Shown here: in pieces, positions 9,580 to 17,220 of the stretch
Layout of the letters: every line of letters starts with the position of its first letter
How positions within the stretch are numbered: position 1 is the stretch's first letter
Source of the DNA: Stackebrandtia sp.
GTDB lineage: Bacteria > Actinomycetota > Actinomycetes > Mycobacteriales > Micromonosporaceae
Assembly: GCF_035643755.1 (NCBI RefSeq)
Contig: NZ_DASQPW010000297.1
Span: forward strand, 13,785 to 77,784
Length of the DNA: 64,000 nt
Direction: 5' to 3'
The notes under the pieces: model-generated
Databases searched by the model: none
The model's input: only the letters and a program-made list of their open reading frames with translations
Told to the model about the DNA's origin: nothing
Translations under genes and position numbers: made by a program

Positions 9580-10470
9580 ATGTCCCTTCCGATCTGCGTC
9601 GGCTACGACGGCTCCGACAGTTGCCTACCGGCCGTGAGATGGGCGGCGAAGGAGGCGCTGATCCGCCGCCGCCCGCTGGAGATCCTCTACGCGTTCCCGG
9701 TCGCGCCGATCGGCGGCGGGCGCGACGCGTCGATGCTGTGGCCCGAATCGCGCGACCTCACCCACTACGACGCCCAGCGGATGCTGGACGAGGTGCTGGA
9801 GCGCGTCGGCAAGGTGAACCCGGGCATCGACGTCACCAGCAAGCTGCTGGACTCGGTGAACCCCGCCGCGACCCTGATCTCGCGGTCACGGCGCAGCGAA
9901 CTCATGGTGGTGGGCAGCCGCGGCCGTGGCGGGTTCGCCGGGCTGCTGCTGGGCAGCACCAGCACCCGGCTGGCCACGCGCGGGCACTGCCCCGTGGTCG
10001 TCGTGCGCGAACACGACGCGACCGGGCCGCACGCGGGCCAGGTCGTGGTGGGGGTGGACACGTCGCCGCGCTCGACTCCCGTGCTGGACTTCGGCTTCGC
10101 CGAGGCCGCTGCGGCCGGGGTCGACCTGGTGGCCGTGCACGCGTGGGAGTACCCGTGGAACCTGGCGACCACCGACGTGGCGGTGGTGGTCCTCGACGTC
10201 GAGGAGGCCGCCGCCCGCGAGGAACAGATGCTCAGCGAGGCGCTGGCCGGGTACCAGGAGAGGTACCCGAACGTCAATGTGGTGCGCCGCCTCGAGCGCG
10301 GGCTGCCGCGCACGGTGCTGCGGGAGCTGTCGGCCGGGGCCCACCTGCTGGCCGTCGGGTCGCGCGGCCACGGGCAGCTCGCGGGCATGGTGCTGGGCTC
10401 GGTCAGCATGTCGCTGCTGCTGCACGCCCGGGCGCCGGTCGTGGTGCTGCGTCAGCGCGACGACGACTGA
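9580..10470 (+). CDS. Universal stress protein (tandem USP domains)
   Basis: Two VG.DGS/VGVD..S...VVGSRG.G...G.LLGS repeats. Confidence 0.93.
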   Translation: MSLPICVGYDGSDSCLPAVRWAAKEALIRRRPLEILYAFPVAPIGGGRDASMLWPESRDLTHYDAQRMLDEVLERVGKVNPGIDVTSKLLDSVNPAATLISRSRRSELMVVGSRGRGGFAGLLLGSTSTRLATRGHCPVVVVREHDATGPHAGQVVVGVDTSPRSTPVLDFGFAEAAAAGVDLVAVHAWEYPWNLATTDVAVVVLDVEEAAAREEQMLSEALAGYQERYPNVNVVRRLERGLPRTVLRELSAGAHLLAVGSRGHGQLAGMVLGSVSMSLLLHARAPVVVLRQRDDD

Positions 10471-10598
10471 GTGGGCGCGTCGACGTCGGCCGCCGCATCA
10501 CCCGTCGCTTCGCCATGGACGAATTCACCGACGCCTATCAGGTCTTCGGCGCCCCGAACGACACCGGCGCCCCGACAGTGGTTCTGACTAGTCGATAG
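10467..10598 (+). pseudogene. Relic 3' end of a zinc-dependent alcohol dehydrogenase-like gene
   Basis: GRVDVGRRITRRFAMDEFTDAYQVFGAPNDTGAPTVVLTSR* resembles the MDR/ADH C-terminus (ITH.F.LD....AY..F.....GA.KVVL); the rest of the gene is missing. Confidence 0.6.
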
Positions 10599-10657
10599 TC
10601 TTCGGCTCACACGTTCGTGGCATACTCGGTCGCCAATGGTTACCAGGGGAGGGGCGC

Positions 10658-12253
10658 ATGCACCGCGATCAGTTGCTGGGCAACCGTTATCGGCTGGAGA
10701 AGCCGGTCGGTTCCGGCGGCATGGGTGAGGTCTGGCAGGCCACGGACCAGGCCCTGAACCGCACGGTGGCGGCCAAGATCCTGCATCCCGCCCTGGGTGC
10801 CGACGCGCAGTTCCGGGAGAGATTCCTCCGCGAGGCGCGGACGCTCGCCAAGCTGTCGTCGCCGGGCATTGTGAACATCTTCGACGCCCGCGAGGAGACC
10901 ACCGAGGACGGTTCCCACGTCTTCTACCTGGTCATGGACTACGTGACCGGCCGCCCGCTGTCGGAGCTGTTGCGCGAGCAGGGGCGGATGGACGCCGCGT
11001 GGGTGATGTCCATGGTGGCGAAGGTGGCCGCCGGCCTCAACGCCGCCCACCACGCCGGGGTGGTGCACCGCGACGTCAAGCCCCAGAACATCCTGGTCGA
11101 CGACGACGGCACGGCCACCATCGTGGACTTCGGCATCGCCCGCACCCACGGCCAGACCGGCCTCACCATGACCGGCACCGTCATGGGGACGGTCACCTAC
11201 GCGTCTCCCGAGCAGTTGCAGGACGAGGACCTCACCGGCGCATCGGACGTCTACTCCCTGGGCGTGGTCGCCTACGAATGCCTCACCGGCAACCCGCCGT
11301 TCCAGGGCGGCACCACCGCCGCCACCATCACCGGGCACCTCACCCAGCCGCCGCCCCCGCTGCCGGTCGACGTGCCCGTGCCCGTCGCCGAGGTGGTGAT
11401 GCGGGCCCTGGCCAAGACCCCCGCCGAGCGCTACCCCTCGGCGTCGGCGTTCGCGCACGACTGCCGCCAGGCCGCGTCGGGACGGATGCCGCTGCCGCCC
11501 GCCACCGAGGCCATCCCGGCCCCGCCATCGCCCCCTCGACCGGCGCCGCAGCCCGCCCCGCAACCCGCGGCGGCCCGGGCGCCGATGCCGACCAACCCCA
11601 TGCCGGTCGCCGAACCCGACTACCGCCCCGTGCCCACCCCCGCAAAGCCCAAGCCCAACAAGCCACGGCGGCGCCGCGGCCGCGCCGTGCTGGTCACGCT
11701 GTTGATCCTGCTCCTCATCGCCGGCGCCGCCGCGGCGTACGTGTACTGGCCCAAGGGGCGCGGCAACGCGGCATCGCCGAACAACACCGACTCGACGTCG
11801 CAGTCCTCGTCGCCACCGGCGAAGGCCCCCGACGGCGTCACCAAAGAACCCACCCAGGTCATCAGCGTCGCCACCGGCAAGTGCCTCGACATCGGCAGTC
11901 TCGGCGTCACCACCCCCGACTGCTCCGAGGACAACCACAAGACGTTCACCTTCACGCGGGTCGCCAATGCCAGCCCCAACAACAACGTCTACTTCTTTGA
12001 GGACGAGGGCGACAAGTGCGTCAATGTCGACCCGAAGGGGCCGAAGCTCTCCGATGGAGAGTGCACGAAGGACTCGCGCTGGCGCCTGACCTGGATCAGG
12101 ACCGCGGACGGATGGGATGTGTGGAAGATCCAGCACCCCGCCGGCACGGACCACCTGTGCCTGATGGCCGACAACACCAAGCTCGGAGTCGGGCTCGCGG
12201 AGTGCGACAACACCAAGAAGTCCCGCTGGCGCACCGTGTCCGCGTCCTCGTGA
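10658..12253 (+). CDS. Ser/Thr protein kinase with TM and ricin-B-like extracellular domain
   Basis: GSGGMGEV, VAAK, HRDVKPQN, DFG, YASPE; Pro-rich linker, TM, then ATGKCLDI...W repeats. Confidence 0.92.
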   Translation: MHRDQLLGNRYRLEKPVGSGGMGEVWQATDQALNRTVAAKILHPALGADAQFRERFLREARTLAKLSSPGIVNIFDAREETTEDGSHVFYLVMDYVTGRPLSELLREQGRMDAAWVMSMVAKVAAGLNAAHHAGVVHRDVKPQNILVDDDGTATIVDFGIARTHGQTGLTMTGTVMGTVTYASPEQLQDEDLTGASDVYSLGVVAYECLTGNPPFQGGTTAATITGHLTQPPPPLPVDVPVPVAEVVMRALAKTPAERYPSASAFAHDCRQAASGRMPLPPATEAIPAPPSPPRPAPQPAPQPAAARAPMPTNPMPVAEPDYRPVPTPAKPKPNKPRRRRGRAVLVTLLILLLIAGAAAAYVYWPKGRGNAASPNNTDSTSQSSSPPAKAPDGVTKEPTQVISVATGKCLDIGSLGVTTPDCSEDNHKTFTFTRVANASPNNNVYFFEDEGDKCVNVDPKGPKLSDGECTKDSRWRLTWIRTADGWDVWKIQHPAGTDHLCLMADNTKLGVGLAECDNTKKSRWRTVSASS

Positions 12254-12321
12254 TCCACCGATGAGTTTCGCCGCTCCGCGCGGTCTACCCTTCGAAACTC
12301 ATCGCGAGGAGCCTGGACGCC

Positions 12322-12807
12322 ATGAACACCGAAACCGTCAGCGCCACCCTGGCCTTCCCCGCGCCCGCCGCGATGGTGTTCGCGGCACTGGCCGATCCCA
12401 CGACCCACGCCGCCATCGACGGCACCGGTTGGGTCCGGGGATCCATCAACCAGGCTCCGCTGTCCACAGTGGGCCAGATCTTCCGGATGCGCATGTACCA
12501 CGCCGACCACCCCGACGGCGACTACCGCACGGTCAACAAGGTCGTCGTCTTCGACCGACCCCGCGCGATCGCCTGGACGACCGGCCAGGAACTGGACGAC
12601 GGCGAGCGGGAATTCGGCGGCTGGATCTGGCGCTACGACCTCGCACCCGTCGACGAGTCCACGACGGAGGTCACGCACACCTACGACTGGTCGGCGGTGC
12701 CCCGGTACGTCCGCGACCGCGGCATCACCTTTCCCCCCTTCGGTCCCGGCCACCTCGCCAACTCACTGCGCCACCTGCGCGACCTCATCACCGAGGCTTC
12801 GCGGTGA
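12322..12807 (+). CDS. SRPBCC/polyketide cyclase-like protein
   Basis: VFAALADP..H.AIDGTGWV...IAW...GGWIWRYDL...VTHTYDWS; GAGGAG RBS. Confidence 0.75.
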   Translation: MNTETVSATLAFPAPAAMVFAALADPTTHAAIDGTGWVRGSINQAPLSTVGQIFRMRMYHADHPDGDYRTVNKVVVFDRPRAIAWTTGQELDDGEREFGGWIWRYDLAPVDESTTEVTHTYDWSAVPRYVRDRGITFPPFGPGHLANSLRHLRDLITEASR

Positions 12808-13435
12808 ACACCAGGTGCGTGACCCCGCTGGGGGTCGAGACCGCCTCGATGTCGTAGGAGTCCTCAAGCGACTCCAGGCCGTCCCACAGCCGAACCCCGC
12901 GGCCCAGCACCATGGGCACCTGCACCACGTGCATGAAGTCGACCAGCCCCGCGGCGAGGAAGTCGCGGCACACGGTCGGCCCGCCCCCGATCCGCACGTC
13001 CCCGCCGTCGGCGGCCTCGCGCGCGGCGGTCAACGCCTCGCTCGGCGCGGCGTCGAGGAAGTGGAACGTGGTGCCGCCGGCCATCTCGATGGACGGCCGC
13101 GGCCGATGCGTCAGCACGAACACCGGGGTGTGGAACGGCGGGTTCGGGCCCCACCACCCCTTCCAGCCGGCGTCGTCCTGCCACCCGGGCGGCCCGAACT
13201 TTCCCGCGCCCATGATCTCGGCCCCGATCCCGGGCTCGAACCACGCCGCGATCGCGTTGTCGACGCCGCGACCGCCGCCCTCCTCCCCGGTCTGCTGGTG
13301 GAAGAACCGGGTGCGAACCATCCACTCGTGCAGCCGATGTCCGGCGTGCCCGAACGGGTCGTCGAGGCTCAGCCCCTCCCCGGTGGCGAACCCGTCGAGC
13401 GAGATCGAGAAGTTGTGGATGCGTGCCTCGGACAT
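12788..13435 (-). CDS. Dihydrofolate reductase/RibD C-terminal family protein
   Basis: ISLDGF, IMGAGKF, PVFVLTH, IGGG...FLAAGLVD...PMVLGRGVRL; start at 13435 or 13441. Confidence 0.88.
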   Translation of the reverse strand: MSEARIHNFSISLDGFATGEGLSLDDPFGHAGHRLHEWMVRTRFFHQQTGEEGGGRGVDNAIAAWFEPGIGAEIMGAGKFGPPGWQDDAGWKGWWGPNPPFHTPVFVLTHRPRPSIEMAGGTTFHFLDAAPSEALTAAREAADGGDVRIGGGPTVCRDFLAAGLVDFMHVVQVPMVLGRGVRLWDGLESLEDSYDIEAVSTPSGVTHLVFTAKPR

Positions 13436-13632
13436 GGTCATGGTCTCCCTGTGTTCCATCGACGGTGGGATCCCAGCATGCACCGAATATCCGTGCCCAG
13501 CACGGATACGGCGCCGTGGCTTCGGTGGAAGGCTTGCCGACGTCTCCCGAACGTTCCGGCGATCGGGAGGGTATCCAGCCGAAACACCCGGTGTGGCGAG
13601 CGCCGTGCCGGCACTTTATGAGGAGGAATCGG

Positions 13633-13794
13633 ATGACTCTTGTTGTGCCTTCGCGCGAGGACCTGCGCGGTGAGCTGACTGTGGACGAGGGCCCCGCGGC
13701 GGTGGCGGCCGAGCACCAGGCGGGCGCCGCGTGCATGTACCAGGTGCAGGTCGCGTTGTCGGTTGACGACGTCAGCCCGGTCACCGAAAGCTGA
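13633..13794 (+). CDS. Putative RiPP precursor peptide (53 aa)
   Basis: GAGGAGGA RBS then ATG 13633; MTLVVPSREDLRGELTVDEGPAAVAAEHQAGAACMYQVQVALSVDDVSPVTES; directly upstream of ycaO-tfuA on the same strand. Confidence 0.75.
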   Translation: MTLVVPSREDLRGELTVDEGPAAVAAEHQAGAACMYQVQVALSVDDVSPVTES

Positions 13795-13800
13795 CCGCGA

Positions 13801-13847
13801 CCCGGTCACGTCCACGTCGAACGCGGAGTCGCGGGGACGTGACCGGG
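13801..13847 (+). terminator. Stem-loop between the precursor gene and ycaO (mRNA stabiliser or attenuator)
   Basis: Perfect 13-bp inverted repeat CCCGGTCACGTCC (13801-13813) / GGACGTGACCGGG (13835-13847). Confidence 0.65.
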
Positions 13848-13871
13848 CTTCCATTGGGGAATGAGGATGCC

Positions 13872-15068
13872 ATGATCGGCACTGACACGAATCTGGCCGT
13901 GCGGGGCGTACCGGTGGACGACGCGGCGTACAAGAGCGTCGTGGCCGGTACACATCGGACGTGCGCCCCGGAGCGGACGCTGGCGCGGATCGTGCCGTTG
14001 TTGCCGCGCATGGGCATCACTCGGCTGTCGGACGTGACCTGGCTGGACGACATCGGGGTGCCGGTCTTTCAGGCGGTGCGGCCCAACTCGTACACGATCT
14101 CGGTGTCGCAGGGCAAGGGGCTGACCCCGGACCTGGCGAAGGTGTCGGCGGCGATGGAGTCGATCGAGACGTGGCACGCCGAACGCCTGCCGCCCGGCGA
14201 CACCCGCGACACCGTGGCGGCGATCGCGCCCGAGCTCGACTATGGACTGGACGAGTTGCCGCTGTTGCCCCGGCATCACCTGAACCCCGGCGCCACGGTG
14301 GAATGGGGTCGGGCCCGCCGGTTGATCGACGGCACCGACACGTTGGTGCCGATGGAGTGCCTGCGATTGGACGGGCGCACCTCGGCTCGATGGCAGCTGC
14401 CGCTGTTTCACACCACGAGCAACGGGCTGGCCAGCGGCAACACCGTCGGCGAGGCGACGCTTCACGCGCTGTACGAGGTCATTGAGCGGGACGCGATCGC
14501 CCGCGCCGCCACCGCCGACGGCACGGTCGTGGTGGACCTCGACAGCGTCGGCGGCGACGCCGCGGAACTCATCGAACGGTTGCGGGCGGCGGAGGTCGCG
14601 GTGCGGGTGGACGTGTTGCCGAGCCCCACGGGTGTGGCGTGCGTTCGGGCCAGGATCGTCAGCGACGCGTTTCCCTACGTGTTCGAGGGAATGGGCGCCC
14701 ACCTCGACCGGGACGTGGCGTTCTGCCGCGCCGTCACGGAGGCCGTCCAGTCGCGGGTGACCGCGATTTCGGGCGCCCGCGACGACATGCGCGGCGACTG
14801 GTACCGGCGGGCCGGGTTGGTGGCCGCCGGGCGGTCCGGGACGCCGGATCTCGAGCCGCTGTACCGCAACCCGGTTCGGACCGCCTTCGGCGACGTCCCA
14901 TCGGTGCGCCACGCGACGCTGGGCGAGGACCTGACGCGGGTGGCCCACCTGGTGCGCGGGCATACGGGGCGGGATCCGTTGGTGGTGGACCATACCCGGC
15001 CGGACATCGGGATCGCGGTGGTGCGCGTGGTGTGCCCGGGTCTGCGCTACAACCCCGAGGCCGGGTGA
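13872..15068 (+). CDS. ycaO: YcaO-family protein, TfuA-associated (thioamide-forming type)
   Basis: GITRLSDVTWLDDIGVPV, SQGKG..AKVSAAMESIE, SNGLASGN...ALYEVIERDA, AVTEAVQSR...ISGARDD, C-terminal VVCPGL; GAGGA RBS before ATG 13872. Confidence 0.95.
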   Translation: MIGTDTNLAVRGVPVDDAAYKSVVAGTHRTCAPERTLARIVPLLPRMGITRLSDVTWLDDIGVPVFQAVRPNSYTISVSQGKGLTPDLAKVSAAMESIETWHAERLPPGDTRDTVAAIAPELDYGLDELPLLPRHHLNPGATVEWGRARRLIDGTDTLVPMECLRLDGRTSARWQLPLFHTTSNGLASGNTVGEATLHALYEVIERDAIARAATADGTVVVDLDSVGGDAAELIERLRAAEVAVRVDVLPSPTGVACVRARIVSDAFPYVFEGMGAHLDRDVAFCRAVTEAVQSRVTAISGARDDMRGDWYRRAGLVAAGRSGTPDLEPLYRNPVRTAFGDVPSVRHATLGEDLTRVAHLVRGHTGRDPLVVDHTRPDIGIAVVRVVCPGLRYNPEAG

Positions 15069-15072
15069 GGGC

Positions 15073-16455
15073 ATGACACGGCGAGTGCTGTTTTGCGGGC
15101 CGAGCCTGCCGGACGCGGGCGAGCTGCTGGCGGACGACGACATCGAGCTGCTGCCGCCGATCGCGGCCGGCGACCTGCTGGGCCTGTCGGCCGGACAGGG
15201 CGACGTCATCGGGATCGTCGACGGGTACTTCCATCAGACGCGTTCGGTGCGGCACAAGGAGATCCTGGCCGTCATGGACGACGGCGCGCGGGTGCTGGGC
15301 GCCGCGAGCCTCGGCGCGTTGCGGGCCGCAGAGCTGGACACCCTCGGGATGGAGGGGGTGGGGCGCGTCTACCGGGACTACCGGGACGGCGTCCTGACCG
15401 CCGACGACGAGGTGACCCTCACCCATGGACCGGCCGACACCCGGTATCGGCGGATGTCGGAGCCCCTGGTGAACATTCGGGCGACCCTCGACGCGGCGGT
15501 CGACGCGGGGCTCGTGCCGCCGGACGAAGCGCGGGCGCTGGTGGAGCGGCTGGCGGCGATGCCCTACTCGCAGCGCACCTTCCCCCGGCTTTCGGCGCTG
15601 GCCGCCGCGCGGGGATTGCCGGACGACATGGTGCGGCGGCTGGACGGGTTCTGCCGCGGGCATGCGGTGGATCGCAAGCGGTCGGACGCGGTGGAGCTGG
15701 TGCACCGGCTGCGCGAGACGGCGCCGGTGGCCGTCAAGCGGTCGCCGGTGAGCCGGACGATCTTCCTGCACGCGTGGCAGGTCGCGGCGGCGGGCGGCGA
15801 CGCGGGCGACGGCGCCGGTTGGGTCGCCGACCTGTCGGTGTTGCGGATCTGTCAGGCCCTGGCGGACGACTATCCCGGGCTGCACCGCGCGACCGTGCTG
15901 CGGCGGTTGGCCGACGAGTGCCGGGCAACCTGCGGCGGCACCACCGGTGACGTCGAGGATGTGGCGATCGCGCACGGGGTGCACCGGGGCATCTACCCTC
16001 CCCTGGACGCATCGGCCGACTGGTCCTTTCTGGATGGATGGCTGTCCGGTGTGGAGCGGAACCACTGGGGCCCGCGCGCGCGGGTGCTCGCCTTCCTGGT
16101 GCGCGGCTTTCGGGTGGCGCCGGGGATCATCGACGATCTCGGCGCGATAGGCGAGCTGCTGTCGCGGCCCGACCTGGTGCGGCGGGCGCGGCGGATCGCC
16201 GGTTACGCCCGCGAGGTCAACCGGGGCGCCGCCGACAGCGAACCCGGCTTCTCGGTGGCGGCGATTCCGTCGGGGCGCGTCGTCGACTGGCTGTGCCGCC
16301 GCTGGCACACCACGCGCGAAGAGTTGCCCTACCGCGTCATGGACCGCGGTCTCGACACCGTGGACACCATGGTGGCGGGCGCGCGGCCGTACTACCTGCT
16401 GGCCACGTACAACCCTCACGCCGCGGCGCTGTCGATCGCGGAGGACGCCCCATGA
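15073..16455 (+). CDS. tfuA: TfuA-like protein with long C-terminal extension
   Basis: VLFCGPSL, PPIAAGDL, IGIVDGYF...SVRHKEIL, GAASLGALRAAEL, DDEV, SEPLVNIRATL. Confidence 0.93.
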   Translation: MTRRVLFCGPSLPDAGELLADDDIELLPPIAAGDLLGLSAGQGDVIGIVDGYFHQTRSVRHKEILAVMDDGARVLGAASLGALRAAELDTLGMEGVGRVYRDYRDGVLTADDEVTLTHGPADTRYRRMSEPLVNIRATLDAAVDAGLVPPDEARALVERLAAMPYSQRTFPRLSALAAARGLPDDMVRRLDGFCRGHAVDRKRSDAVELVHRLRETAPVAVKRSPVSRTIFLHAWQVAAAGGDAGDGAGWVADLSVLRICQALADDYPGLHRATVLRRLADECRATCGGTTGDVEDVAIAHGVHRGIYPPLDASADWSFLDGWLSGVERNHWGPRARVLAFLVRGFRVAPGIIDDLGAIGELLSRPDLVRRARRIAGYAREVNRGAADSEPGFSVAAIPSGRVVDWLCRRWHTTREELPYRVMDRGLDTVDTMVAGARPYYLLATYNPHAAALSIAEDAP

Positions 16456-17213
16456 GTTCGGCACGCGCCGCCGCGGCGTTCGACCGGGGGTACGCCGCCA
16501 TCGCCGCCTCGGCGCGCCACGGCGAGCTGTTCAGCCGGGCGCTGGGCCTGCCGCCGGAGGTCGCGGCGAACTCCTTTCTCACCGCCGAGGCACTCGACGA
16601 CATCGCCGCGGCGCTGGGCATCGGCGCCGGCGACCGGCTGGCCGACCTCGGCTGCGGACGGGGCGGGCCCGGTCTGTGGCTCGCCCGCCGGCTCGGGGCC
16701 GCGCTGGACGGCGTCGACTTCTCGGCGGTCGCGGTGTGGCAGGCGGGCGAACGCGCCCAAGGGTTTGGACTCGCCGACCGCTCGTCCTTCCGCGTCGGCG
16801 ACCTGTGCGACACGGGGTTGCCGAGCGGGCGGGCGGGAGCGGCGGTGTGCGTCGACGCGTTTCACTTCGCGGCCGATCACGACGCCGAGGCCGCCGAGGC
16901 GTGGCGGATCCTGCGGCCCGGCGGGCGATACGTCCTGACGAACTGGGAACCCGTCGCCGCCGACGACGCGCGGGTGCCGCCGCCGCTGCGGCTCGACTTC
17001 GCGCGGATCCTCACCGCGGCGGGGTTTCGGGCCGTGACGGTGTCGAAACGGCCCGACCTGGAGGCCGCCCAGCGGGCGCTGTTCGCCGCCGTGCTGGCCA
17101 CCGAGCCCGGCGACGACCCCGCGATCCGGGCGCTACGCGCCGAGGCCGCGGCGGTGGACGGCTGGGCGGGGCTCATGCGCCGCGTCCTCGTGGTCGCCGA
17201 AAAACCCGCCTGA
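16452..17213 (+). CDS. Class I SAM-dependent methyltransferase
   Basis: ADLGCGRGG motif I, GVDFS, RILRPGG; ATGA overlap with the tfuA stop. Confidence 0.9.
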   Translation: MSSARAAAAFDRGYAAIAASARHGELFSRALGLPPEVAANSFLTAEALDDIAAALGIGAGDRLADLGCGRGGPGLWLARRLGAALDGVDFSAVAVWQAGERAQGFGLADRSSFRVGDLCDTGLPSGRAGAAVCVDAFHFAADHDAEAAEAWRILRPGGRYVLTNWEPVAADDARVPPPLRLDFARILTAAGFRAVTVSKRPDLEAAQRALFAAVLATEPGDDPAIRALRAEAAAVDGWAGLMRRVLVVAEKPA

Positions 17214-17220
17214 AACGGTG

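Noticed and set aside
13423-13632. N-terminal 70 codons of the 123-aa ORF 13423..13794
   Set aside because: They overlap the divergent gene start and promoter; the strong RBS points to ATG 13633
13872-17213. Classification as a thioviridamide-like, thiopeptide or linear azole cluster
   Set aside because: No HFCD decarboxylase, dehydratase/kinase, E1-like partner or azoline dehydrogenase; the precursor lacks a C-terminal Cys and a Ser/Thr/Cys-rich core
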